The notes: generated from the sequence alone by a model not told the origin. Shown: positions 10,253 through 19,869, counted from the first letter of the stretch. The stretch is 64,000 nucleotides of DNA from an uncultured Chlamydiae bacterium (GCA_963713615.1 CAVQMM010000001.1:3392001-3456000), one strand, 5' to 3'. Made by a program: numbers and translations.

Positions 10253-11881
10253 CTAAGTTTGTAATACTCCAGTATGGAATTGGACATTTTCCTTGGGTTT
10301 CACCAGTCCTAGTAAGAAGGTAAGTACCTCTCGGGTGGTGTGCGGAGCGATGATCCCATCAACCCAGCCTCGTGCTGCTCCATAGCGGATATCCATATGT
10401 TCGTGGTACTTGGCTACGATCTTTTCGCGTAGTGCTCGCACTTCATCGGGATTAAGTTTGCAGCCACGTCGTTCCGCGGCTCGTTGTTGCACAGACAATA
10501 ATGTATTTGCTGCCTGCTCGGCACCCATCACAGTGTATTTGGCATTGGGCCATGCGAGAATGAAATTTGGGTCGTAGGCTTTGCCGCACAACGCATAGTT
10601 ACCTGCGCCGAAGGAGTTGCCGACGATGATCGTGATCTTTGGTACTACCGAGTTGCTCACCGCATTGACAAGCTTGGCACCGCTGCGGATGATACCCGAC
10701 TGCTCAGCTTCCTTGCCGACCATGAAGCCCATGACATCTTGAATGAAGATAATGGGTAGACGTGTTTGATTGCAGTCCTCAACAAACCGCGCAGCCTTAT
10801 CAGCACTTTTAGTGTAGATCACGCCACCAATTTCTACGCGGCCGGCATGGGTGCTGGTGCGCATGCGCTGGTTAGCTACTATGCCTACTGGATAACCATT
10901 GATGCGAGCATACCCGGTAACAATGGCCATAGCATAGTCAGCTTTATATTCCAGGAAGGTTTCTTTATCGACAATGGCATCTAGAAGATCATGGACATCG
11001 TATTCCTTGGTTCCATCACCACTGATGATTTGATAGACGCTGCTGGCCTCTTGGAGGGCAGATGTTCCCTCACGCACTACCTTGGATGGCATGGGAAGCA
11101 TATCGACGAGCATTCGCAGATGCTTAAGGCAACTTGCATCATCAGGTTCATAAAAATCCACCGTGCCGCTGACCTCGGCATGCATCTTGGCGCCTCCGAG
11201 TTCCTCAGCATTGGCGATTTGTCCTATTGCTGCTTTGACGAGTGCTGGCCCTGCTAGGTAGAGGCCGCTGCCTTCGGTCATGAGTAGCTTGTCGCACAGG
11301 ACTGGTAAGTAGCCCCCGCCAGCAATGCAACTGCCCATCACGGCAGCGTATTGCGGTATTCCAGCGGCTGAAAGAACGGCATTATTTCTAAAAATGCGCC
11401 CAAAGTCATCTTCATCGGGAAAGATCTCATCCTGTAGCGGTAGAAAAACACCTGATGAATCGACAAGATATAGAATGGGTGTTCGGCATTCGTAGGCTAT
11501 GCGTTGCGCTCTGAGAACCTTTTTGACGGATTGCGGAAAGAAGGCGCCAGCTTTTACCGTGGCATCATTGGCGATGATCATGCATTGACGGTCATGAATT
11601 GTTCCGATGCCAGCGATGACGCCTGCTGCGGGGACGTCACCCCATTCTTCATACATTTTGAACCCTTCCCAGAGACCTATCTCAAAGAAATAGGACCCTG
11701 GATCAAGCAGAGCACTAACACGTTCTCGGGCCAACATACGGCCTAATTTGCGTTGACGTGCCACGCCCTCTTCACCACCACCTTGGCGTAGAATATCCTC
11801 TTGCTTAGCAAATTGACGTGATAACGCCTCAAGCGAAAGCGAAGGTATTGTGGTGGTTGATTGGGTCATATTTGCTTCCAA
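10253..11881 (-). CDS. Acyl-CoA carboxylase carboxyltransferase (beta) subunit, MccB/AtuC/LiuB-like
   Basis: ANDATVKAGA, LVDSSGVFLPLQ, GGAKMHAEVSG, GFMVG and SFGAGNYALCG motifs. Confidence 0.93.
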   Translation of the reverse strand: MEANMTQSTTTIPSLSLEALSRQFAKQEDILRQGGGEEGVARQRKLGRMLARERVSALLDPGSYFFEIGLWEGFKMYEEWGDVPAAGVIAGIGTIHDRQCMIIANDATVKAGAFFPQSVKKVLRAQRIAYECRTPILYLVDSSGVFLPLQDEIFPDEDDFGRIFRNNAVLSAAGIPQYAAVMGSCIAGGGYLPVLCDKLLMTEGSGLYLAGPALVKAAIGQIANAEELGGAKMHAEVSGTVDFYEPDDASCLKHLRMLVDMLPMPSKVVREGTSALQEASSVYQIISGDGTKEYDVHDLLDAIVDKETFLEYKADYAMAIVTGYARINGYPVGIVANQRMRTSTHAGRVEIGGVIYTKSADKAARFVEDCNQTRLPIIFIQDVMGFMVGKEAEQSGIIRSGAKLVNAVSNSVVPKITIIVGNSFGAGNYALCGKAYDPNFILAWPNAKYTVMGAEQAANTLLSVQQRAAERRGCKLNPDEVRALREKIVAKYHEHMDIRYGAARGWVDGIIAPHTTREVLTFLLGLVKPKENVQFHTGVLQT

Positions 11882-13629
11882 CCTGTGAGTTTGTCTGAGA
11901 GGTCTTCGATGGGCTTGTCATAGTTATGGAAGAGGGTAGCTAAGGCATTTTCAATGTTGTCCAATGCGTATTGACAGTACAGCTTGCCACTCGCCAGATC
12001 CAGCAGAAGCTGCTCACTTGGATTGGAGTGAAGGCTTAAAGTGGTATCCAGCTTGCTGATCACCGCTATACTGGTATATAGGGCGATTGCCATATTTGCA
12101 ATGCGATCGAGAACGAGTTGTTGTTCAACAATGTCCTCTTTGAATTTGGCCAGCACGCGAGCGTTAGCGATGGCAAAGCGGCGGATGGCGCGGCCCACCA
12201 GGTGTGCTTCAGGAACAAGATATTCGGTTTTTACTGGAATGATCGGAGCGCGCAGGTAGCTGGTGCCCTGTTTACCGAAGTTTTTGAGGATGCCGAATTG
12301 CGAAATAGGATGCATAAGGGCATTGCCGACGTTCTGGAACTGTATTCCAACGTCACGTAGGCCTACGATCGCTATGAAGGCGCGGAGGACCTCGTTGCTG
12401 CCTTCGCCTATCATGTTCAGGCGGGCATCGCGCATCATGCGCTCCATGGGCTCTTCAGTGAAAAATGACCTTCCACCATAGATTTGCATCGTATCGTAGA
12501 TAATCTGCCAAAGGGCTTCGCTAGTAAAGACTTTGAGGATTGCTGATTCCAGCATAAATTCTTCCATGCCACGGTCTACTAGGCCTGCCGTCAACTCCGT
12601 TGTTGCCTCCATGGCATAGGTAAGCGCTGACATCAGCGCTATCTTCTTTTTCACTAGAGGGAACGAGGCTAAAGGTCGTTTGAACTGGTAACGCGAACGT
12701 ACGTGGCTGATGGCTTTATCGACCAGCAGGCGTGCAGGACCTGAGCATGTTGCACCAAAGGTCGTACGCCCATAGTCAAGCACTGTTAAACAGAGTTTTA
12801 GGCCTGCTCCTTTGGTGCCTAAGATGTTCTCTGCAGGGACTTCCACGTCATCGAAGATGAGATTGGCCGTTGTGCTGCCCCGCATGCCAACTTTTTCCAG
12901 AGCGCGATCTTTGATCTTAAATCCAGGCATATCGGGCGTTACCAAAAAGGCCGTAATCTTATCCTGGGGGCCTTTGGGGGTCTGGACCACTGTTTGTGCC
13001 ATTACAGTAAGAACACCAGCCAAACTGCCGTTGGTGGTCCATTGTTTTTCGCCCTTTAATCGGTAGACGTTTTTTTCAGGGATATAGGTTGCACGTGTTT
13101 CGACACCGCTGGCATCGGACCCGGCATTTGGCTCAGTGAGTGAAAAGGCTGCCAAGATATCTCCTTTGGCTAGGGAGGGCAACCAACGTCTTTTTTGTTC
13201 TTCGGTACCAAACAGAACTAATGCCTTAAGGCCAATGCTATGATGCGCATTTACAAATAGAGCGGTGGAACCGCAGCATTTTGCCAGGGCCGCCATGCCT
13301 CTGCAATAGGCCGTTTGTGAATAACCCCTTCCACCATACTCCTTGGGGATGGTTGCACCTAATAGTCCTATGTTACCGAGCTCCTTGATAACTTCGGAGG
13401 GAATGTGAGCCTCACGGTCGATGGCTCTTGCGTCGAGGCTTTCATTCGTAAACGCTTCCACGCGCTCTACCAGGGCATCGCCTTCTGCCTGGTCCTTTGC
13501 TGATGCTACAGGAAAGGGCAACACAGAAGGCGCATGGAAGCCTCCAAAATATAACAACTTCGCAAAACTGAGTTTCTTCTCACCTGAAAAAAGAAGTTCT
13601 TCCAGTAATTTTTTTTGTACGTCATCCAT
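11866..13629 (-). CDS. Acyl-CoA dehydrogenase (long, VLCAD-like)
   Basis: FSLTEPNAGSDA, GEKQWTTNG, KVGMRGS, RYQFKRPL, QIYGG and RLNMIGEGSNE motifs. Confidence 0.93.
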   Translation of the reverse strand: MDDVQKKLLEELLFSGEKKLSFAKLLYFGGFHAPSVLPFPVASAKDQAEGDALVERVEAFTNESLDARAIDREAHIPSEVIKELGNIGLLGATIPKEYGGRGYSQTAYCRGMAALAKCCGSTALFVNAHHSIGLKALVLFGTEEQKRRWLPSLAKGDILAAFSLTEPNAGSDASGVETRATYIPEKNVYRLKGEKQWTTNGSLAGVLTVMAQTVVQTPKGPQDKITAFLVTPDMPGFKIKDRALEKVGMRGSTTANLIFDDVEVPAENILGTKGAGLKLCLTVLDYGRTTFGATCSGPARLLVDKAISHVRSRYQFKRPLASFPLVKKKIALMSALTYAMEATTELTAGLVDRGMEEFMLESAILKVFTSEALWQIIYDTMQIYGGRSFFTEEPMERMMRDARLNMIGEGSNEVLRAFIAIVGLRDVGIQFQNVGNALMHPISQFGILKNFGKQGTSYLRAPIIPVKTEYLVPEAHLVGRAIRRFAIANARVLAKFKEDIVEQQLVLDRIANMAIALYTSIAVISKLDTTLSLHSNPSEQLLLDLASGKLYCQYALDNIENALATLFHNYDKPIEDLSDKLTGWKQI

Positions 13630-13734
13630 CGCGTTGTCTACCTATATGTATTGCTAAGTGTAGGTTAAACCACAGCCAGCGCGGATGCAAACAAATATCT
13701 TGTTAGCCACAGATCCGGAAGGATTAGGGATTTT

Positions 13735-14018
13735 TAGGAGTAACACGGATGCACACGGATCTAGGAGGATTTAGGAGGATAGGATGGCAGCTACGGCCTA
13801 TCCATCACAAAATCTAAGAGCAACAACGGCTTTAGGAGGATTAGGATTTTAGAATTGTTGAAATCCATTCCCAATTTTTCTTACTTCTAATCCAAATCCT
13901 AAATCCTCCTAAATCCGTGTGTATCCGTGTTATTCCTAGAGCTTGTGATGAAAAGACCATGGCTACCATCCTATCCTCCTAAATCCTCCTAGATCCGTGT
14001 GCATCCGTGTTACTCCTA
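13735..14018. repeat. Family D long inverted repeat (CACGGAT-GGAT modules)
   Basis: 57-bp arms at 13735-13791 and 13962-14018 with one mismatch; extra partial arm at about 13897-13938. Confidence 0.9.
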
Positions 14019-14091
14019 ATCCTAAATCCTACAGATGCGTGTTAAATTATTGTGACCGAATATGCTATAATTCTTATTACAGAGGAAGGTT

Positions 14092-15102
14092 ATGAAAATA
14101 CTGATTATTGGTGGCTCACATTTTTTAGGAAGAGCCATCTCTGAAACGGCCAACGCTCACGGTCACCAGGTTACAATCTTTAACCGTGGTAAAACCCAAC
14201 CTTTTCTCATTCCTGCCGGTGAGGAAATCCATGGCGACCGCTATGTGGATCTTGATCCCTTGCGTGGGCATTCTTGGGATGTTGTGATAGACACCTGTGG
14301 CTACCATCCCTGGGCGGTAGGAACAAGTGCTTTCTTTCTCGATGGTATTGTGGATCGCTATGTTTTTATCTCTAGTATCTCGGTATATAGAGATCTTTCT
14401 ATCTCCCATATAGATGAACATGCCGGTATTCTCGATTGGCCCAAAAGTGCTTTGTTGGAGGATAGTTCCTCAGCCACATATGGTGCTCGCAAGGTTCTTT
14501 GTGAGCTTGCTGTCGAAGAGGTCTTTCAGGATAACGTGTTTATTATCCGTCCAGGCGTGCTGGCCGGTCCTTACGATTCCATGGGTCGTGTTCCTTACTG
14601 GCTACAGCGGGTAGCACGAGGAGGTGATATCCTCGCTCCAGGAGATCCGCTTCAGCCAATACAACTCATTGATGCCAGAGACGTAGCATCGTGGATCCTG
14701 AAGATGATCGAAGGGACGAAGGGGGGTATTTACAATGCTGTTGGACCACTTCGGCGGCTGACTTTTCAACAATTTTTAGAGACATGCCAGCGGGTTGTGG
14801 GTTCCGACTGTCGTTTCATCTGGGTTGACGAGGCTTTTTTACTTAGTAATAAGATCGCACCTTGGACAGAGCTTCCACTCTGGGTACCCGAGTTCATTGG
14901 TGGTTTGCAAGAGATCAGTGCAAATAAAGCAGTGAGCCAAGGGCTTATCTGTAGGCCATTGGATTCAACCCTTTTAGATACCTATGAATGGATGTGCAAG
15001 GCCGAGCCATCCTGGCCCGAGCAGTCATGGTTAACACCTCAGAGAGAAACTCAGCTATTAGGTGAGTGGAGCGCAACAGTCAATAAGCTCCCTGCTGGCT
15101 AG
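14092..15102 (+). CDS. NAD-dependent epimerase/dehydratase family protein
   Basis: IIGGSHFLG Rossmann motif, FNRGKT, FISSISVY, YGARK and WTELPLW. Confidence 0.9.
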   Translation: MKILIIGGSHFLGRAISETANAHGHQVTIFNRGKTQPFLIPAGEEIHGDRYVDLDPLRGHSWDVVIDTCGYHPWAVGTSAFFLDGIVDRYVFISSISVYRDLSISHIDEHAGILDWPKSALLEDSSSATYGARKVLCELAVEEVFQDNVFIIRPGVLAGPYDSMGRVPYWLQRVARGGDILAPGDPLQPIQLIDARDVASWILKMIEGTKGGIYNAVGPLRRLTFQQFLETCQRVVGSDCRFIWVDEAFLLSNKIAPWTELPLWVPEFIGGLQEISANKAVSQGLICRPLDSTLLDTYEWMCKAEPSWPEQSWLTPQRETQLLGEWSATVNKLPAG

Positions 15103-15231
15103 CTATGTACTGGCGATTCAGTTGGTTGAGTCCTTGAATCATCTCCTTTTGACGGAAACTGGTATAACCACCATCGGCTCTTTTGAGGCTCATAAATTCA
15201 CGGGTAGATGTAAGTTGGGGATTTTCAAGAG

Positions 15232-15519
15232 CTAACATGAGCAACGTGTAGCCTCAAGCTGTCCCACAAAATCCCGACTGCCATAGCGAACGGCGTAAGC
15301 TAAGGGTGACATCCCTGAGCTATCGGCTATATGCGGATCGGCTCCTGCGGCGATAAGCCAATTCATGACATCAGGACGATTGGTAAGATAGGCGAGATGA
15401 AGAGGTGTTCTTCCAAGATCGTCTTGCGAGTTGAGGTTAAGTTTTCCTTGCGCCGCCAAGCTCATCAATTTTTCCACGATAGATCGCATCATGTAACGGC
15501 CAGGGTGCAAATTGTGCAA
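15232..15519 (-). CDS. Short ankyrin-repeat protein or fragment
   Basis: QDDLGRTPLHLA..WLIAAGADPHIADSSGMSPLAYA, about two ankyrin repeats; start uncertain. Confidence 0.7.
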   Translation of the reverse strand: MHNLHPGRYMMRSIVEKLMSLAAQGKLNLNSQDDLGRTPLHLAYLTNRPDVMNWLIAAGADPHIADSSGMSPLAYAVRYGSRDFVGQLEATRCSC

Positions 15520-15783
15520 GCTCTTGAAGGTTGAAGAGATTCATTCCTCGTGACGCTAACCACCCCTCAATGATAGATCTTCGCTCGACATCATCCTCGG
15601 AATGACTGGTTTGTTTTTGATAAACGTTCCATAAATCTTACTTTGTAGGACTTATACCAAAGAGGGCGTTACAGACCGATGGTGTGAGACCTTTAAGGGT
15701 GTTTGGTATCAGGCATGTTGCAAATTTTTATTCCACCACGCAGAATGCCGTTAGTTCGAAAACCTAAGAAGAGGACAATATTC

Positions 15784-16290
15784 ATGGTAAAGATTACTTT
15801 GAAAGGAAATTCCATCAATACTAGCGGGACGCTTCCTAGCGTTGGTAGCGTTGCAAAGGACTTCGCTTTGGTAAAGGGAGATCTGTCAGAAGCTTCTTTG
15901 AATACTTTTCCAGGCAAGAAAAAATTGCTCAATATCTTCCCAAGTTTGGATACCGGAACCTGTTCCACTTCAGTAAAAAAGTTTGCGGATGCTGCTCAGA
16001 ATCTAAAAGATGTAGTGGTTATTAATATCTCTAAGGACTTACCCTTCGCTCAAGGACGGTTTTGCTCCTCAGAAGGAGTAAAGGGCGTGGAGACATTGTC
16101 AGCATTTCGCAGTTCCTTTGCTAAGGATTATGGTCTGGAGATCATCGACGGCCCCCTCAAAGGCCTATGCTCGCGGGCTGTAGTTGTTCTTGATGAGAAT
16201 AACCGTGTGATTTACAGCGAGCAGGTTTCCGAGATAGCACAAGAGCCAGATTACGCTAAAGCGCTTGAGGCTTTACATAAAAGCTCTTAG
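15784..16290 (+). CDS. tpx: Thiol peroxidase (atypical 2-Cys peroxiredoxin)
   Basis: MVKITLKGN, FPSLDTGTC, SKDLPFAQGRFC and EPDY motifs. Confidence 0.95.
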   Translation: MVKITLKGNSINTSGTLPSVGSVAKDFALVKGDLSEASLNTFPGKKKLLNIFPSLDTGTCSTSVKKFADAAQNLKDVVVINISKDLPFAQGRFCSSEGVKGVETLSAFRSSFAKDYGLEIIDGPLKGLCSRAVVVLDENNRVIYSEQVSEIAQEPDYAKALEALHKSS

Positions 16291-16298
16291 GATTTGAC

Positions 16299-17231
16299 AT
16301 GGCACAAGACCTTTTGAATAGACCCGAAATGTCTAACTTGCTCCTATTTCCTATAGCGAAGGATCTGCCAGAGCTCCTTCGCGTTGCTACCTACAATATT
16401 CGCATCGATCATCGCGAGGACCGTGGAGGTCCTCATGATTGGAAAATCCGACAGACCATGGTCGCTTCCCTAATTGCTCAATCTGCGTTTGATTTGGTAG
16501 GAATTCAAGAAGCGAATGCCAGTCAATGGGATGATCTAAAACGCTTGCTGCCAGCTTATGTGGTAGAGGGATTTCCAGCGGGTATGGGACTGCCTCAAGA
16601 AGAAAATCTTCTTGTGGCCTATCGGAAAGACCGTTTGGAATTGCTGGAGGCGAGTGTTTTTTCGCTCTCCCCAAACCCCAATCAGCCTGCCCGAGGGTGG
16701 GATGCCCGTTACCATCGCGCTTTCGTCTATAGTCGCTTATATGACAAGAAATCCGATAAGCGCATTGTGTTCTTCAACACCCATTTTGATCATAAAGGTG
16801 AAGTAGCGCGTGCCGAAAGTACCAAGCTTCTAGTCTCCCTACAAGATCATTTAGCTCAGGGCGCCCCTCGCGTTTTAGTGGGTGATTTTAATCTCTATCC
16901 AGACCGTGGCGGGTTGGATCTCTATGGCACTCTTGTGAATGAAAAATCCGGTTTAAAAGATGTTCGCGATGTAGCCAAAAATGGCAATTTCGGACCCGAT
17001 GGAACCTGGTTGGGATGGGAGTATGAGGCGTCGCGTTCGCCAGATGGTCAGGTTGGCCATAGGCTGGATCATATCTTCGTAGGCGGTGCTCTTGGCGTTC
17101 AGCGATGCGGCGTCTTTTTGGCATCCATCGATCCAAATAACCTGCTTATAGCTGAATTTGACGAGCTCAAAAACGGTTGGCGATGTTATCCTTCAGACCA
17201 TCTGCCGGTGGTTGCAGATCTTTTACTGTAA
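16299..17231 (+). CDS. Endonuclease/exonuclease/phosphatase family protein
   Basis: TYNIR, GIQE, NTHFDH, GDFN, LDHIF and PSDHLPV motifs. Confidence 0.9.
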   Translation: MAQDLLNRPEMSNLLLFPIAKDLPELLRVATYNIRIDHREDRGGPHDWKIRQTMVASLIAQSAFDLVGIQEANASQWDDLKRLLPAYVVEGFPAGMGLPQEENLLVAYRKDRLELLEASVFSLSPNPNQPARGWDARYHRAFVYSRLYDKKSDKRIVFFNTHFDHKGEVARAESTKLLVSLQDHLAQGAPRVLVGDFNLYPDRGGLDLYGTLVNEKSGLKDVRDVAKNGNFGPDGTWLGWEYEASRSPDGQVGHRLDHIFVGGALGVQRCGVFLASIDPNNLLIAEFDELKNGWRCYPSDHLPVVADLLL

Positions 17232-17240
17232 GGAGTTATT

Positions 17241-17708
17241 ATGCAAACTGCGGATCATGCCCTGGCCCTTGATGTTCAAATTACCGTTGGATCTAACGGG
17301 GTTTCTGCGGTTATTTTAGCTCCTTACTCGCGTTCGGGCATTCACTGGAAGATCTGTGCGGAGCGACGCCAAGACGAACATCAGGTAGATCGTTGGATGA
17401 AGGACTATGTAGCCAAACGTCAGCCTTCGGTGGATCTTAAGTTTGATCTGGACGCTTTCCCTGATTTCACGCGCAGAACATTGTGGGCTTTAGCCGAAAT
17501 TCCGTTTGGTGAAACCGCTTCTTATGCTGAAATCGCTAAGCGTCTTGGGGTTCCTCGTGGCCCACGTGCTGTAGGTCAGGCCTGTGGACGTAATCCCATA
17601 CCCCTACTTCTTCCTTGTCATCGTGTTGTTTCTTCTACTGGAGGGTTGGGTGGCTTTGGCTTGGGGCTCGACCTCAAGCGGCGTCTCCTGGCATTCGAGA
17701 CCACCTAG
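17241..17708 (+). CDS. ogt: Methylated-DNA--protein-cysteine methyltransferase
   Basis: IPFGETASY, RAVGQACGRNP and PCHRVV active site. Confidence 0.92.
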   Translation: MQTADHALALDVQITVGSNGVSAVILAPYSRSGIHWKICAERRQDEHQVDRWMKDYVAKRQPSVDLKFDLDAFPDFTRRTLWALAEIPFGETASYAEIAKRLGVPRGPRAVGQACGRNPIPLLLPCHRVVSSTGGLGGFGLGLDLKRRLLAFETT

Positions 17709-17726
17709 CCATTCAGCTCCTTGTTG

Positions 17727-17742
17727 TGGCATGGAAATGGCA
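17727..17742 (+). promoter_or_regulatory. Putative sigma54 -24/-12 promoter
   Basis: TGGCATGGAAATGGCA (GG-N10-GC), 35 bp upstream of the ATG at 17777. Confidence 0.4.
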
Positions 17743-17776
17743 TCCTATTGCCATGGTTTTTAGCAGGAGGGTTGCC

Positions 17777-17965
17777 ATGAATATCGAAGAGCTAATGAAG
17801 CAAATTGCCTATAACGAATTCATCCAAGATCAACTTTCAACTGAGCTTGCCGAGCTGGAACACCTGCTACGTGCGACAGGCTTTCCACAAGGTGTGATAT
17901 CTGTTAAGCAAGTTGCTATGGAAATGCTCGAAAATGACCAACTAGGCATACCCGGCGCTGAATAA
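17777..17965 (+). CDS. Small hypothetical protein, paralog 1 of the DQLxxEL...GFxxG family
   Basis: GGAGG RBS then ATG; aligns by eye with the proteins at 18388 and 18666. Confidence 0.8.
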   Translation: MNIEELMKQIAYNEFIQDQLSTELAELEHLLRATGFPQGVISVKQVAMEMLENDQLGIPGAE

Positions 17966-18040
17966 CGCAACGATTTGTGCAAAATTTAACGCTCTTATGA
18001 AGAATTAGGGCACTTTGGGGTTGGAGTGCGAGGCGTTCGT

Positions 18041-18219
18041 GGGGCTTTTTAGGATTTTTACCGCCGAGGCGCCGAGACACAGAGAGATAGGAGAGAGAGG
18101 ATTTAGGAGAGAATGTCCCATTTACAGAACTTTGCACAGAGCAAGAAAGGGAACATTTTCTCCTAAATCCTCTCTCTCCTATCTTTGCGTCTCGGCGGTA
18201 AAAATCCTAAAAACCCCCC
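18041..18219. repeat. Family E long hairpin (TTTTACCGCCGAG...GAGATAGGAGA)
   Basis: Multi-block inverted arms; same modules at 20846, 33071-33558 and 55097-55326. Confidence 0.88.
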
Positions 18220-18387
18220 AATTCTTCACAAACCGTCTGCCTTGCCTCTTTTTCAAAATTTTATATTGTCTTTATCCAGCATTTACAAAACAACTTTATA
18301 TTTGGCGGTAACAGAGAAAAATTGTAGTTATACATTGAACTTGAACATTTTATGAAAATTTGCTTACATAGAATTATAGGAGCATAC

Positions 18388-18600
18388 ATGAGACACTCTC
18401 AGGAAACAAAGGCAGGCCACGTAGTCCACGCTTTAAAAACTAAAGCAGCTAGGCTGGAATCAGTCAATGACCAACTAATAACCGAACTGCAGTATGTGAA
18501 TCATCTATTATGCATGGTCGGTTTCGAGGATGGGCTTGAGTCCTTAAAATCAGCAGCAAGCGAGTTGATCGAAGAAGCTTCTTTGGATTTTGGCACCTAG
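18388..18600 (+). CDS. Small hypothetical protein, paralog 2
   Basis: AGGAG RBS; LESVNDQLITELQYVNHLLCMVGFEDGL. Confidence 0.8.
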   Translation: MRHSQETKAGHVVHALKTKAARLESVNDQLITELQYVNHLLCMVGFEDGLESLKSAASELIEEASLDFGT

Positions 18601-18612
18601 TTTTATAGAACT

Positions 18613-18628
18613 TGGCACAGCCTTCGCA
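18613..18628 (+). promoter_or_regulatory. Putative sigma54 -24/-12 promoter
   Basis: TGGCACAGCCTTCGCA (GG-N10-GC), about 38 bp upstream of the ATG at 18666. Confidence 0.5.
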
Positions 18629-18665
18629 TTCTTATGAGAGGTTCTCACATAACGGAGGTAGCAAA

Positions 18666-18866
18666 ATGAACAAAGAAGAACTTCAAAAAAAACTCGCAGA
18701 GCTTGAGTTCACCAATGATCAGCTCATGAGTGAGCTACGCTATCTGGATGGGCTAATGCGATCAATAGGCTTTTCGGATGGGTTGGCAACAGTCAAAGCG
18801 ACTGCCAGAGAGATCCTTGAACGAGAAGGTGAAGAAGAAGAAGACGAGGATTCTAAAGCTGCTTAG
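18666..18866 (+). CDS. Small hypothetical protein, paralog 3
   Basis: GGAGG RBS; LEFTNDQLMSELRYLDGLMRSIGFSDGL. Confidence 0.85.
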   Translation: MNKEELQKKLAELEFTNDQLMSELRYLDGLMRSIGFSDGLATVKATAREILEREGEEEEDEDSKAA

Positions 18867-18975
18867 AAATATCAAATAGCTTTTCCAAGAGCTACACGGT
18901 CGATTTGTTAAAGCGATATCTACTTGTTCTTTAGCATCCGATGCGTTTTAATGAACGCAAAAAGGGTGCATCTAT

Positions 18976-19869
18976 ATGACGAAGCTCAAAATCTGGAATC
19001 AATACGCTACTTGGGACGCTGCAGAGAAAAGCTGGGACGAAGGGGCTCGCGAGGCTGCCCGGCAACAGCCGATCAAAGGTTTAAAGACTTTGCCACGTAT
19101 TCCGGGTATCGTTCCCGATACCGCTAAAAATCTGAAGTGGAAAAGTTTTGTTTATATGCTAACGCATGACCACAAAGGAGAAGTCCGCCGTGGCGTTTTG
19201 AAACATCCTTTGCGTTATGCGGTCAGCTTTCTAAAGTCTCTCGTTAAAGGCAAAAGTTATAGCACCGATGGCGACTTCTTTTTATATGGGGTCAAGAGTG
19301 TAGACGAGTTTAAAGGCTTGCTTCAAGATCCCGATGCCCTCTTCGTGGTGGGGTTCTCCTATTGCGAAAAACCTTTTGAATGTCCTTCAGGACGTTTTAC
19401 GTCCGATTGCATCCATGACGCTGAGAATCCTGTTTGCCGTCAATGCAAGGTGGGTAAATGTATTAATGCTTTGCCCGACAAAAATAGCATTCCACTGCTG
19501 ATCCCTACCATACACTATATCGGTGGTCAAATTTTTGATATCGTCCACGCTAACCCTGGCAAGCGGATTCTTTTCATGATCACCGCTTGTGAGTTGGTGC
19601 TAGAAATGTTTGGTGACTGGGGCAATATGGTAGAGATCAAGGGCATAGGCGTACGCTTGGGCGGACGCATCTGCAATACCATGAAAGCCTTCGAATTATC
19701 CGAGGAAGGGATTAAACCAGGTCTTACTGTAGTGGTTGATGAGACTCACCGCTGCATGATGGAGATGATACGCCTCCGACGTCAGAGCCTTTCAGGCCCC
19801 ACAGATCACTCTTGTGCTGGGCATAGTGATACCACTTGCGAAAAGGTTTGTGCGGATGTTGGTGACTAA
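18976..19869 (+). CDS. Cys-rich hypothetical protein, DUF116-like
   Basis: YCEKPFEC...CRQCKVGKC...TACE...GRIC cysteine pattern. Confidence 0.6.
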   Translation: MTKLKIWNQYATWDAAEKSWDEGAREAARQQPIKGLKTLPRIPGIVPDTAKNLKWKSFVYMLTHDHKGEVRRGVLKHPLRYAVSFLKSLVKGKSYSTDGDFFLYGVKSVDEFKGLLQDPDALFVVGFSYCEKPFECPSGRFTSDCIHDAENPVCRQCKVGKCINALPDKNSIPLLIPTIHYIGGQIFDIVHANPGKRILFMITACELVLEMFGDWGNMVEIKGIGVRLGGRICNTMKAFELSEEGIKPGLTVVVDETHRCMMEMIRLRRQSLSGPTDHSCAGHSDTTCEKVCADVGD

